64,000 nucleotides of DNA. Origin: Neodothiora populina. Lineage: Eukaryota. The DNA is taken from assembly GCF_041146345.1 (NCBI RefSeq), contig NW_027191409.1:1674001-1738000 (forward strand), read 5' to 3'. Shown here in pieces: positions 1 through 11,927 of this stretch (positions within the stretch are counted from its first letter, which is position 1; each line of letters starts with the position of its first letter). Made by a program: the position numbers and the translations under genes. The notes beneath the pieces are model-generated. The model was given only the letters and a program-made list of their open reading frames with translations. It was not told the DNA's origin and ran no database searches.

Positions 1-603
1 AGGGTGGAAGTGGCAGAGACGGGCGACTGGAGGACCGAGGCTGTAGCGTTGAGGGTGATGCTGGTGTCGAGAAAGCGGTCGACGGGAGAACACTTTGGTG
101 GATAGGTATGGAGCAGACTCGTAGTAAGTGCTGTAGCAAGTACTGTACTGTATATCAGGCTTGCAGTACAGTATGAGTCGACGGTGGGTGTGCCCTGGTA
201 GTAAGCCCTATGCTCGGGCTCGGTCTCTCACTCCCGAGATTCTCTGGGCGAGCGAGCGAGCCTTGGCATCGACAAGAAATATCACGAAGAATCACAAATT
301 CCCGATCATCAACCAAAAAAGGAATAGCGTCCACAGAGCACCCCGGCCAATTAGCGTCGCGGCAATCAGAGAACGCAAAGCAGCAGAAGAGAGCAGGAAC
401 GGGAGCGCAGGACTTGGACTTTGGCAGGTGCGCTGTACTTGTTCGAGCACATCCATCGCTGCTGCTGTTGCCGTCCGTCGTCGCTGTCGTCCCGGTATTC
501 ACCACCTCTTCTGTCGCTCTACCACATCACCCTCTCCATCTCTCCCCTCTACATCCTCCTCCAAAGGTCTCATCCCCACCTCTGGCCACATTTGTCAATC
601 GCA

Positions 604-1841
604 ATGTTGGCAAGGTCTACCGTCTCGTCCGCGCGCACCGCCGCCGCCGCCGCCCGCAATGCTACCTCCAGGACTGCCACGGTATGTTCGCGCCATCCTA
701 TTTCATCTCAATTCACTCGGAAGAAGCAGAAAGAGCGAAGAGAAAAAAAAACAATCTAGCAGCAAGCCATTGACGCACACCGCTGACTGCTACCTCTCAC
801 ACAGCGGTCCGCCTCGACTTCCTCCACCTCCGAGGCTTCTTCTCAATGGAAGGGCAATGCCTTGACCGCCGCCTCCGGTGCTCTCGCCGTTGGCTCCGTC
901 GCCTGGTACTACTACCAATTCGTCCGTCCTGCCTACGCCATGACTCCCGCCGAGGAAGGGTGAGTTTTTCCTTTTTTTTCTGGTTTCCATCTTCCAGCTC
1001 TGCTGCATCGCCGCCACTGACGAGTCCGACAGTCTCCACCCCACCAAATACCCATGGGAACACGAGAAGACATACAAGACATACGACCACCAGGCCCTCC
1101 GCAGAGGTTTCCAGGTCTACCGCGAGGTCTGTGCCTCTTGCCACTCGCTGCAGCGCATTCCCTACAGAAACGTCGTCGGTAGCATGATGACCGTCGACGA
1201 GGCCAAGGCCCTTGCCGAGGAGAACGAGTACGACACCGAGCCCAACGACGAGGGCGAGATCGAGAAGCGCCCCGGAAAGCTGTCCGACTACCTCCCCAGC
1301 CCATACAAGAACGACGAGGCCGCCCGCGCCGCCAACAACGGTGCCCTGCCTCCGGATCTTTCGCTCATCGTCAAGGCCAGACACGGTGGCTGCAACTACA
1401 TCTTCTCGCTTCTGACCGGTTACCCCGAGGAGCCCCCGGCCGGTGCTGTCGTTCCCTCCGGCCTGAACTTCAACCCTTACTTCCCCGGCACCGGAATCGC
1501 CATGGCCCGTGTTCTCTACGACGGCCTTGTCGAGTACGACGACGAGACCCCGGCCACCACCTCTCAGATGGCCAAGGATGTCGTCGAGTTCCTGAACTGG
1601 GCCGCCGAGCCCGAGATGGACGACCGCAAGAAGATGGGCTGGAAGGTCATGGCCGTGACCGGCACTCTGTTTGTCATGTCCATCTGGGTCAAGAAGTAAG
1701 TTCCTTTTTTTTTGTTGCAGTAAAGCACAAATACTAAACTTCGGCAAAAACAGGTACAAGTGGTCCACCATCAAGACCAGAAAGCTCGTCTACAACCCTC
1801 CCGTCAGCTCCGCCTCCAAGAACCCCTCCAGCCGTCACTAG
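604..1841 (+). CDS. CYT1: Cytochrome c1, mitochondrial (complex III); 4 exons: 604-681, 805-959, 1033-1695, 1754-1841
   Basis: Spliced translation gives an Arg/Ser/Ala-rich presequence, then AMTPAEEGLHP..YPW, the heme-binding CASCH motif, ANNGALPPDLS, NPYFPGTGIAMA, FLNWAAEPEMDDRKKMG and a C-terminal TM. All introns are GT..AG. Confidence 0.97.
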
Positions 1842-3605
1842 ACGATTCGTCTCGGCTTGAACGAATTTCGAACCTTTAGGTAATATTGGGGGGATGTGGT
1901 GTGTGTGTGTGTGTGGATATGGAGAAGATTTCTTTTCTTTTTGTTTTGTGTCTCACCGAGCCCTTGCTCTCTTTGTCTGCTGAAAACGCACAAGTAGAAG
2001 GAGGAGATGTAGAGCTCGGTCGTGGACGGAAGGAAAAGCAGAGGATGGACGAAACTCTTGTACAGCATCTCTTGTCTTTCTTGTCTCCATTCGGGCAGCC
2101 CAAGGAGAAAGCATCACCTCAGAGACATCAAGGAAAACCCCAAAAACCCAGACAAAAAACAAACAAACCCACTTTGTGTTATTTTCTCCTATTTTTTTTT
2201 ACTGCAACCACCTCAGTCTTGTACTATGAAGCTTCTCCTTTTTTGTTTTTGTTTCCTGCTGCTTGCGCGCGCCCGCTGAAATCGCAACCATAAAGTAAAA
2301 CCAATTGTACAACTGCCATGCCTCTCCTTTTCTTTCTTCCGATTTTTTTCTGGATTTTGTGACCTTTTGTTCGTCGACTACCTGGATCGTGCTCCTTGAG
2401 ACATGCACTTGAAGGAAGAGACGAGACACCACGCGATCTTTTCCCCCCATCGGTTCCTTCAAATGCCCATGACCCCCTCGTGTCCTTCGATCCTTAAATT
2501 CCAAGTCTTCTCAGGCCGCGCACACGAAGAAGATGTGATGATTACCACAAGTTCACTTCGATCCCACTCCTTCGTCTCTACCTCCTCGATGGACGACGAT
2601 GGACGACGATGGACGAATAACAGAGCAGATCAGGCTCCTTCTCCTGGCTCAGGCGGTCATGCACTGAGCAGTCGTGCACCGACGAAGCGAAGGGAAGACA
2701 GGCAAATAGCACGACCACGCTGCTTGAACCACGACAGAGACCAAGACCAAGGCCGAGACAGGGACCGATGCAGAAGGCGACTTGTGGACAGTACTGGTTT
2801 CCTACAAGTTCAGCGGGAGTGGCTCTCTCGCTCTGTGTTGTATCTGGTACCGACGTCTATACAGTCGATTAGTTGAGAGCCAGAGGTTCCAGAGTAGAGC
2901 ATACTGGTCCTGTTTGGACGTCGTCGTGCTAATTGCATCAGTCTGGCTGCTTTGGACTTTGGGGAATACGGAGTAGGGCGTAGCTTGTTGTCTGACTCGT
3001 CTGACGAAGGCGGTTGACCTGTATACATTCTGCGAAAGTGCAGGCAGAGAAAGAAACAGCACAAGGCGCAGATGGACAGATAGACAGTATGGTTGAATAC
3101 ACAAGCCCAGTGATTATCCTATCGATACGTTATCAAAGGCTAGAGAATACCGTGTTTCAGAGTGCGGAAGGCTGTCCACCCTGCTACCAACCTAAGTAGA
3201 AAGGGGGCGAAGAAGAGTATGGATACGTAAACATGTTAATGGATGGGACTGTCCACACCCCTCACGTTCTGCATGTTTATTCGGTTCAGACGGATAAAGG
3301 ATATTTCAGGTTCAATGAACGCAGTCTATCTATATACCTGCCATTAGAGAAAGATGACTGGAAGAAGTAGTAGAGAAAGCAGAGAGGAAGAAGCTATGGT
3401 ATAAATGTGAAGAATGAGAAAGAGAAAACGAAAATAGAAGGATGAGGTGGTTGAAACTGTCGCCAGCGACGTGTTCCGACTACGCTTTTCCTCTGGAATA
3501 ATAAATGCTGAAGTGCAATTCTATCGATATCATGTTAGTACCGCATTTCCTCTCGTCGTCCCCTTCGTCGCTATTTTGTCAGAGTGTATACGCGCTGCCA
3601 ATCAT

Positions 3606-6600
3606 TCAAGAAGTCCCCAAAGCACTACCCCTCCGTTTCTGGGTCTTCTTTCTCTTGTTATCATTCTTAGCACCACCGCTGAGCAGACCAACCAGCAACG
3701 AAGCTCTCCTCTTCTTATCGCTCGAACCACTACCGCTCTTCTTCTTTTTGCTCTTGCTCGCCTTCGAAGCAGAAGAGGAAGCTGTGGGAAGAGTGTTACT
3801 CGAAGAATGTCTCCTGCTGATCAATGCGTCTTTCCAGCTGGGCTTTGAGTACGCTCTGTTGCTTTTCGCTGCGAGATCTAGCCCGCTGCTGCTTCGTCGA
3901 CGCATCAGTTCGGGAGAGCTGACGGATGATCGGCCTAGTGAGGGACTTTGCAGAGATTTGGATTTCTTCGCTGAGGAGACTATTGTGAGTCTGGGAGGCG
4001 GCATCGCGTCGTTGTTCGCTTCGGGTTCTGGCGCTTGTGATCTGTCGTGGTGGTGGTCGAAACGGAATGACTCGGACAGGTCACTGTCGTCGCTGAGCTT
4101 ATGATTTCTCTGCGAGAACGGCGACGGAGACCTGCCTCTTCGCGACAAAGGGAAGGGAGGCGCCATCTCTTGCAGCGGGAGTCTATCGGACATGTCATCT
4201 TCGACCCTGGCTGACTGCATCGCATGTCGTTGAGGAGAACGGAGACTGGGTAGGTCGTCCATTGCTCGGCTTGACTCCTCCAGCAATTGCAGGCTGGGCC
4301 CGTCCAGCTCTTTCTGCAAGTCAGACACGTGCGTCCAAGTACCTGGTGCGTCACCCTGGAAGTACTGCCCGTTAGCGTACGCCATATCGCGCGCATCGTC
4401 CATATCCATCATGTAGTCATCATCATCTTCCTCTTCGCTGTCATCGTGGCCGTCACCCTGCTGTGCCACGTGGGTATGCGGGAGTGATGGCGATGGGCTG
4501 CGGTATATTTCCGAATTATTCATCTCCTCGACATCGCTGTCATCGTTGTGATGCATAGAGATGTTTGCTTCGGACGCCTTCATCGACGGAGACTCGACTA
4601 GAGCTAGCGCTTCAACAAAGTCCTCGTCATCAGGCTGCAACGCGGAATCGCGCTCTTCGTCAACGTCACCCTTGTTGGCGTCCTCAGCAGGAGACCCAGT
4701 GACCTTTGTCTTGCCACTCAGAACATCTAGTATGAGTGCTGTCGTCTCCTCTGTACCCTTACTTGCGTGTGACAGGCGATCGGGCAAAGACGCACTCGGC
4801 ACATTGTCATGATTTTCAACAGCCGGTGACTCTGAGACCACTGCTGCGGGCTGAGACGAGCGCTGCATGGCCGAAGCCGGTTTACTGGCATGTGCTGGTG
4901 CTGTAACAGGTCGATCTGGCGAATCATGCCTCTGCAGAGATGGCGAAGGACTGGGTTGATCAGAAGACGTTGTCAAGGGTTTTGGAGTCGCACGGTCTTC
5001 TTGACTCGATGGGACATGCACGCTCTGCTCTGCACTGGCGGAAGCTGGAAGGACAGCATGTACATCAGGCTCAGGTAGTGCTGTCGTAGCACTATTCGTC
5101 GCAACAACATCGTCGTCATCCCCTGCCATTTCCTCGTTTCCATCATTTTCGTTGGCTGCAGGGGTACGTGATTGTACATCGTCCGTCGCGCCAACATCAG
5201 CAGGTGGCGGCGAGCTGCGAAAGGCCTGAGACGACCTCTCCGCCAATTCAGTGAGAGTTTCGTCATCCAGATCAGAGTCACTATAAGTCGACGACTCGTC
5301 GTCTGAGATGAAAATGGAGACTGGAGCTCGGGGTCGGGACGAAACTGCCGTGTTTGGTGTGCTGCGCGTGGTTCGTTGTGGAAAAGACAGAGTGCTCTGC
5401 CGGGTTTTGCTATTGACTCTTTTCAGTGCAGAGGTAATCGAGGATTGCTTGCGCTTTATAGGCGAAGAAAACGATCTGTTCGAGTCGTGCTTGGACGACT
5501 TCTCAGGCCGAGGCTGGGTCAAAGCAAAGCGTTCTGCGTCGCCCTCTTGTGATGCGATGGCCATTTGTAATGAATAGGGTGATTTGGTCTTCACGATGGA
5601 CGCATCAGAATCATCAGGTCCGGGGGTCTGTCCAGATGGAGGAGCTTTCTTTTGCTGAGACATGCCTGGAGAGTCCGTCTTTCTCTTTTTAGGTACAGGA
5701 ATCACAACTTCGACAATCGTAGACGTCTTTCGCTTTTGGCTTTCAGGTTCCCGTCGAGTATCTGCGGTCCGTGGCTGCGCCTTTGCCACTGGTTGCGACG
5801 GGTCAGATGAAGCATCTCGCGACAGTTTTGATCGGGTAACTCGTGGTTGCACGGTGGCCACTTCGGTTCCGATGCGACTAGGAGCAGGTTTTCTCGGTGG
5901 AGACTTGACCGCTCTTCCAGAAGCTTTGTCAGCCTCTGCCTGGCTGGCCCACTCGCGATATTCTCGCCAGTAAAGCCGCTCATTCTTGAGGTCCTCGGCG
6001 AGACGACGGGATTTGATCTCGTCTTCTCTTTGCTGCAGCTCCTCGACCTGAGAACTTAGTCTGTTGTTCCTATCTGCTCGTTCTCGGGCCTCAGATGTTC
6101 GTGCTCGGTCATTGGCGAGTCTCTGGCTCAACCGATGCTCTTGGTTTCTGTCTTCGGCGTACTTCCTCGCATCAAGTCGCAGCTGCTGACGTTTCTCTTC
6201 GACACCCTGGCGTGTGCACTGGTCGAGACTATTCATGATGAGCTGCGGATTGAGGGCATCGGAAGCTGACGCTTGACTAGCAGTGAATTCAGCAGAGCCG
6301 GCAGGAGGTTGAGACGGAGAAGATTGCGAGTTCAGAACTTTCGAGGCCTTTCGCCGTGCGTCCTGATATAACTTTGCGGCCAGCGACTTAGCTCGCTCCT
6401 GACGGTCCAGCGGAAAGTAGTCCTTGAGAAACCTCTTCATCTCCACGTTCTCGAGTCTGGCGGCTAGCAGCAGATGTTCTTCATACGGCTTGAACCTCTC
6501 GCCTGGCGCACTTGGCGGTTCGTTCTTTTCTTCGAGGAACTTGACTCGTTCGGCAGCGTGCTTCTCGGCGTCAGCGTGTTCGACTCGACGGTGTATCTCG

Positions 6601-8192
6601 GCAAAGTGGATCTTGACACTGTCTTGGGTTCTGGTGGGATAACGTCGATCGTGCAGGCTTCTCCAGTCCTGACCTTCTCTGATTGCACGAACGAAAATGT
6701 CGTCGTCTCCTTCGGACCAGACGGAAGGTGTAGCTCCTTGCTTTGGCGTGGGTCGGCGGTGTGTAGTTTCTTTTGGCCTGTGGCTAGATTCGACTTCGAC
6801 GACTGGTGTGAATCTAGAGGAGGCGGTGCCGTGGACTGGAGTCTGTATAGGCTCTTCGGACCCAGTCTCGACTGGTCGGACACTGTTGTTCGAAGCATTG
6901 TCCTTTGACTCTTCTGATTCCAGCCTCTCGAGCGTTTGCTTCCGAGCTTTTATCTCGGGAGAGTGATTCTTTTGGATGTTACTGATCTTCTTCCGGACGC
7001 TGTCCCAAGTCCGCTGCGGAAAGTGTCTCTCATGAATGGTGCGATTGGCGAGGCCGCGGGCGATGGCCGTCACCAGTGTGTCCGTGTCCTTCTCGGTCCA
7101 CGACCGTGCAAGATTTGACTTGCGCTGTGATTCGAGTCTGGCGTTGCAAGAGGGTTTAGCAGCAGAGGCTTCGATACCAGAAGAGGGCGGAGCGTCGGGC
7201 TGTTGGGTGAGATCTGGATTTTCGCCGCGACTCAGACGACGTCGACGAAGCTTCTCTAGAGCCTTACTCGGGAGAACAGGCTGTCGGACTTGCCGAGGTC
7301 GACTGCTTGGTGTCGTAGGGTGGTGTCGATGATTGGCTTCTCCGTCGTCTTCGATGGGGTCTTGGATGGGGTCTTGGATGGGGTCTTCGATGGCGATGTC
7401 GCCTCGATCAGGTGTGGGACTGGAGGGTCGTGGACTGGCGACCTGACGAGCTTCAGACTGCGGCGAATCAGGGATTTCCAGTCGCCTTGTCGCTAAGAGC
7501 GGCTTCTTGAAGACAACAGAGTCGTCGTTGTCGAGAGAACGAGGGGTCAGTTGAGTGTTGTCCTTGTCAGGAGTTGTGTGCGCATCATTCCCAATGCGTC
7601 CAACCATGACACTCAATGCTTGCGCTTTGTCTGCTGCAGCTCGACGGAGATCACGGTCTGGTGTCTCGGACACGCGCACCCTCGGCCTCTTGCTACGGGG
7701 AGCTGTGTCTTGCTCTTGTTCTCGTCGCTGCTCGCCCGACTCGACTGGGTGGTCAGGATCAAGACCGGCGGCCACGGTTCCATAGCGCGCTTCCTGCCGC
7801 CGCAGCTTCGCATGTTCTTGCAGAAGCTTATCGTCAAGACGTCGGGCCTGATCCTGTGGTTGCAGGTATGATCCCTCGGGCACCGTCTCCTCGCGATGCG
7901 ACAGCCTCTGCACGACCTGAATGACGCATCGCGCTCTGTCCTCGCCGGCAAAGACATCTCCCACGCTGTCGCCGAGACTGATGTCCGCGCCATAGGCATC
8001 CTGGATCTTCTTGAACACCCAGTCGTCGTGTCTCGGGTAGTCTCGCTGGTAGCGCGTCAGGATCTGTTTCCAGGCGACCAAGAAGGTGAGCTCGGGCGGG
8101 AGATTGATCAAGAACGAGGCGGCAGCTGGAGGATTCGGCGCATCTTGCGGCGGCAGGACTCTGACAGTCAAATGGATCTTGGGGGATGCCAT
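3606..8192 (-). CDS. Large nuclear/nucleolar protein: Net1/Tof2/Dnt1-like N-terminal domain, 2-3 Myb/SANT-like repeats, long disordered tail
   Basis: Single ORF; first ATG at 8192 (MASPKIHLTVRVLPP). FLINLP..LTF..AWKQI..RY..YP..KKIQDAYGADISLGDSVGDVF resembles the Net1/Dnt1 N-terminus. WTEKDTDTL..FPQRTWDSVRKK and WSEGDDDIF..YPTRTQDSVK are Myb-like. Lys-rich C-terminus. Confidence 0.7.
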   Translation of the reverse strand: MASPKIHLTVRVLPPQDAPNPPAAASFLINLPPELTFLVAWKQILTRYQRDYPRHDDWVFKKIQDAYGADISLGDSVGDVFAGEDRARCVIQVVQRLSHREETVPEGSYLQPQDQARRLDDKLLQEHAKLRRQEARYGTVAAGLDPDHPVESGEQRREQEQDTAPRSKRPRVRVSETPDRDLRRAAADKAQALSVMVGRIGNDAHTTPDKDNTQLTPRSLDNDDSVVFKKPLLATRRLEIPDSPQSEARQVASPRPSSPTPDRGDIAIEDPIQDPIQDPIEDDGEANHRHHPTTPSSRPRQVRQPVLPSKALEKLRRRRLSRGENPDLTQQPDAPPSSGIEASAAKPSCNARLESQRKSNLARSWTEKDTDTLVTAIARGLANRTIHERHFPQRTWDSVRKKISNIQKNHSPEIKARKQTLERLESEESKDNASNNSVRPVETGSEEPIQTPVHGTASSRFTPVVEVESSHRPKETTHRRPTPKQGATPSVWSEGDDDIFVRAIREGQDWRSLHDRRYPTRTQDSVKIHFAEIHRRVEHADAEKHAAERVKFLEEKNEPPSAPGERFKPYEEHLLLAARLENVEMKRFLKDYFPLDRQERAKSLAAKLYQDARRKASKVLNSQSSPSQPPAGSAEFTASQASASDALNPQLIMNSLDQCTRQGVEEKRQQLRLDARKYAEDRNQEHRLSQRLANDRARTSEARERADRNNRLSSQVEELQQREDEIKSRRLAEDLKNERLYWREYREWASQAEADKASGRAVKSPPRKPAPSRIGTEVATVQPRVTRSKLSRDASSDPSQPVAKAQPRTADTRREPESQKRKTSTIVEVVIPVPKKRKTDSPGMSQQKKAPPSGQTPGPDDSDASIVKTKSPYSLQMAIASQEGDAERFALTQPRPEKSSKHDSNRSFSSPIKRKQSSITSALKRVNSKTRQSTLSFPQRTTRSTPNTAVSSRPRAPVSIFISDDESSTYSDSDLDDETLTELAERSSQAFRSSPPPADVGATDDVQSRTPAANENDGNEEMAGDDDDVVATNSATTALPEPDVHAVLPASASAEQSVHVPSSQEDRATPKPLTTSSDQPSPSPSLQRHDSPDRPVTAPAHASKPASAMQRSSQPAAVVSESPAVENHDNVPSASLPDRLSHASKGTEETTALILDVLSGKTKVTGSPAEDANKGDVDEERDSALQPDDEDFVEALALVESPSMKASEANISMHHNDDSDVEEMNNSEIYRSPSPSLPHTHVAQQGDGHDDSEEEDDDDYMMDMDDARDMAYANGQYFQGDAPGTWTHVSDLQKELDGPSLQLLEESSRAMDDLPSLRSPQRHAMQSARVEDDMSDRLPLQEMAPPFPLSRRGRSPSPFSQRNHKLSDDSDLSESFRFDHHHDRSQAPEPEANNDAMPPPRLTIVSSAKKSKSLQSPSLGRSSVSSPELMRRRSSSGLDLAAKSNRAYSKPSWKDALISRRHSSSNTLPTASSSASKASKSKKKKSGSGSSDKKRRASLLVGLLSGGAKNDNKRKKTQKRRGSALGTS

Positions 8193-8391
8193 TTTGTCTC
8201 GGATGGGAGGATGGGTGAGGGTGGGTGTGTGCCACGGAAGGAGGCGTTCAGTCAATGTTCATGTAGCTAGTACAAAAGCGGATGGCTTTGTCTTGTCAGT
8301 AATGCCCTAGAGGGCTCCTGCAGTCATTCAGGCAGCCAATGGACGATATTGTGAAACGGTGATAGCAAGAGCGCAGTGATGGAAGACAGAG

Positions 8392-8456
8392 TCGCGTTAC
8401 ACGTTACAGGAAGTGGAAGTGGACGACGCGAAAGTCGAAAGTCTGGGGACACGCGC
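8392..8456. promoter_or_regulatory. Cluster of three ACGCG (MCB/SCB-like) cores upstream of the Dnt1-like gene
   Basis: tcgcgt at about 8392, acgcgaaa at about 8426 and acgcgc at about 8451, all within 65 bp and 200-260 bp upstream of ATG 8192. Confidence 0.4.
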
Positions 8457-8585
8457 TGAATCACGCCCGAAAGGGTCAAGCGTCGAACACTAGCTCGCCT
8501 TCGCTTGCAGTAGCTTGCAGTACGTCATGCGGGGGAATCTCACTCATCCCCACATCTCACCTTTACCTTACCTACCATTAAACAA

Positions 8586-8631
8586 TTGCAGACAGTCCAT
8601 GACTTCGATTGTAGACAGTCCATGACTTAGA
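8586..8631. repeat. 23-bp tandem duplication in the divergent promoter
   Basis: ttgcagacagtccatgacttcga is followed immediately by ttgtagacagtccatgacttaga (2 mismatches). Confidence 0.85.
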
Positions 8632-8851
8632 CATTGCTTAGTGCAAAGGTACCTTACGCATAGTCAGCTACTTTACCTCACAGTACGTATACGCCACATC
8701 TTACTCATCTGTGCATCTGTACAACGACATAGGCATACCTTTATGTATATAAAACAGTGCTTCTTCAACCATCATCGAGGTAACAACCACTACACAGCCG
8801 CTCCTCTCATCTCTCTGCTTCTCTTTCTGTGATTACTACAATACGGTGACA

Positions 8852-10094
8852 ATGGGTGAGCACTCCATACCAAAGACAATGAAAGCCATTCAGGTGGTAG
8901 AGGTAGGTGCAGCACATCCCATCCCCCATTCCAACAACTCACTAAATCAACGACCCCGTCCGTCGCACCTCTCCACAGTATGACAAACCCTACTCGATCA
9001 ACCAAGTCCCTGTCCCCACCGACCTCGCACCCCTAGACATTCTCGTCAAGATCGGCGTGGCCTCAAACTGCCACACCGACTCCATGGTGAGCGTGGGCGT
9101 CTTCAAGACCAAACTGCCCTGCACCGCCTCGCATGAAGGCGCAGGCACCGTCGTCGCCGTGGGCTCCGACGTCCAGCCACCCTTCGGCATCGGCACCCGC
9201 GTCATGTGCGGCCTGCCCTACCACCCCTGCGGGAAATGCGACGACTGCACCGGCCCGGAGAAGTTCAGGCAGTACTGCACGCACATCGAGGGCCACTCGG
9301 GCGTGCACCGCGATGGCTTCTTCGCCGAATATGCGCTGGTCGACAGCAGGACGACGGCGATCCTGCCGGACCAAGTCACGTTGGAGTCTGCCGCACCGCT
9401 GGCGTGCGCGGGCAGAACCATCTGGGCTGGAGTGCTGATGCCAGAACTGCAAGAGGGCCAATGGCTCGCTCTTGTAGGCTCTGGTGGCGGACTAGGCCAC
9501 TTGGGGATCCAGTTCGCCAAAGCGCTGGGTCTGAAAGTCATAGGCGTCGACGCGCGCGACCAAGGCCTCGCTCTGTCCCGAGAAGCCGGCGCAGACATTG
9601 TGCTAGACGCGCGAAAGGGCCAGGAGGCCGTCGTGGAAGAAATCCATAAAGTGACGCATGGCCGCGGTGCAGACTCGACCATCGTGCTCTCCGACGCCGA
9701 AGACGCCGCTGGTCTCGCGTGCGCCATCACCGCTATGCATCGCACCGTCGTGCAGATCGCGCAGCCGGACAAGGTCGTCATTCCCTTTGCCGAACTCATC
9801 TTCAGAGATGTAAAAATAAAGGGCTCGCTGCTGTGTTCGCCCGCGCAGGACAAGTCTATGCTCGAGTGCGTTGCTGAGCACGGCATCAAAGTCACGACGA
9901 ACCCGTTTCATGGTCTCGATCAGATCGGGAAGTTGACCGAGTTGGTTCATAGCGGCAAGATCAAAGGTATATCATCATCTGTTCTGTTCTTTCGCCTTGG
10001 GGCAAAGTCACTGACATTCATTGCAGGCAAAGCAATCATCATAGTGGACGAGGAGCAGATCAAAAACGAAAAGGAGCTCGGCGCAAAGTACTGA
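8852..10094 (+). CDS. Zinc-dependent medium-chain alcohol dehydrogenase; exons 8852-8902, 8979-9966, 10027-10094
   Basis: IPKTMKAIQVVE|YDKPY, CHTD catalytic Zn motif, SHEGAG, CGKCDDC..C structural Zn, APLACAG and GSGGGLGHLG Rossmann motif. Confidence 0.92.
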
Positions 10095-10305
10095 GTTCAT
10101 CTACTCAACTTGAACAGTGAAGCAAAAACATCGGGACTGAAACTGTTGTCATCCAACGGTCTGTGATGCAAGATATGTTGTGGATATAATGACCCGAGCC
10201 AGTACTTGTGGCTAGCCAGCCACGATGCTTGGATTTCTTTCTTTGTAGTTGTTGGGAGTGGGGATGCCCATATCCTTGATAGTATAGTATGATTTCCTCC
10301 TCTCC

Positions 10306-11150
10306 TCAAATCATGTTCTTGTTCTTTTTCCTGTTGAACGCGCGCTGGTCCTTGAGCCAGCGTCTGTAGTCTGCAACACTGCCAATCTTCTCGCCATAGT
10401 AATCCGGCACGGGGTTATTCACCGAAGAAGAGGCCGGGTCCGCGCGGTACTGTTTGATGTGGCCGTAGAAAAGCTTGTCTTTCTGTTCCTCGTGGTCAGC
10501 ATATATTCTTTCGCTACCTCGTGCTTCTTCGCAATCAAAAACAGACTTACCCTCGCGAATTCACCAGCCACAGAGCTCTTCCAGACCTTGAAAAACGCAG
10601 TGCCCAAGAACGGACCCATGAGCCAGCCGACTCCTCCAACCGCCACGAGCGAACCTCCAATGACGAACATGGGGTCGAGGCCCGTGAGCTGCGCGCCAAT
10701 GTTCTCAATCTCGTACTCTGCGATCAACGGCGTGGCGATGGCGATGCTGCCCACGCCCGAGAACATGGACGCCGCGAGGTTGACATATCGTCTTGTGCGT
10801 CGCAGCTTGAGGAATTCGTCCCAGGTGAGCGTGGGCTGCTGCACGGCGGAGTGGGGAGATGATGTCGAAGGGCTGGTCGAAGGAGAGCTGGTGGCTGACG
10901 TGGACGATGCGCTGCGGCGGGCGACGACTGCCTCTGAAAGGGTGCTGGGCGCCCAGTCGCCGTGCTTGACAATGCTCGATTGTTGCCGCGATGAGATGAC
11001 CGGGCTTGATGTGGTGGAAGTGATGGTGGTGTACTTTGCGAATCTGGCGCCGCTGACTGGAAGGCTCTGGGTTGTTCTGAAGGCTGATCTGCCGAGACAG
11101 CAGAGGCTGGAGGACGCGTTGGTTGCCATTGTTGCACACACACTAGACAT
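10306..11150 (-). CDS. PAM17: Presequence translocase-associated motor subunit Pam17; intron 10550-10483
   Basis: LTWDEFLKLRR, GLDP, GWLMGP, then after splicing F..HIKQYRADPASSSVNNPVPDYYGEKIGSVADYRRWLKDQRAFNRK. Confidence 0.93.
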
Positions 11151-11927
11151 GAGCCTTGATGTACAGCAGGGGTTGTGTAGAGGGAAGAGAAGACAATAAA
11201 GATGGTGGAAGCTTGGTCTTGGTCGCAGCCAACTTGAACATGTGCCGAGCGTTACTGCCCTGCGGCGTGCGCTTTCTGTTTCTGTCCAGAAGAACCGTAC
11301 TTGCCCATTTCATAACCGGCACGTCACGCGCCAAGCCTTTCTACAGTACCTCTTCGATACACCCTGATGGAGACCACAGTAATTATTCGGCGAAAAGGGA
11401 CCTGACGAAACATTAAGCATCCAGCATGTTCCTACTGTAAAGCTAGCAAGACAGGCACTCACTGAGAAGGAAATCTATTCTCGATTCGACAAATCTCACA
11501 ATGCAATAAAAACAGACCAGCTCCAAACGCTGCAGTGTCGAAACAATCAGAAAAAAGAAAAAAGCTATGATTCGTCTCGTCTCCTTCATCAGTAATCCGA
11601 CTAACCCCTTCCCTTTTCCCCCCTTTAAGAAACACCGTGCAAACTCCTTTTCAAGTCATGAATTCTTTTGCCCAGATGCGCGCAGATAGTAGACCTCCGT
11701 AAAAAGCGCCGTTCGGAACAAATGGGTATAGTGGTCAAACATTACATGCAATGGTCCTGAGCGACTGTCCGACGCCCGCATCTCCTGCAATGCAGAAAAG
11801 GTACATGGAAATGACGCAGTAATATAAAAGCATACCATCATCCGTTCGTCTGCCGTCTGTGACGTCGTATGATGTGGTTGTCACCATTCTCTTTCTCTTC
11901 TCCAATCTTCTCTTTCTGTCAGATCGC

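Noticed and set aside
155..865. Several overlapping ORFs upstream of and within the CYT1 5' end
   Set aside because: Low-complexity promoter, UTR and intron sequence; the real exon 1 starts at ATG 604.
797..1774. 325-aa minus-strand ORF
   Set aside because: Antisense shadow of the codon-biased CYT1 gene; no protein features.
1886..3200. ORFs of 60-157 aa and short repeats (ggacgacgat, GT run) between CYT1 and the Dnt1-like gene
   Set aside because: A/T-tract-rich UTR or intergenic sequence; no domain or consistent splice model.
10459..11199. 246-aa plus-strand ORF
   Set aside because: Antisense shadow of PAM17.
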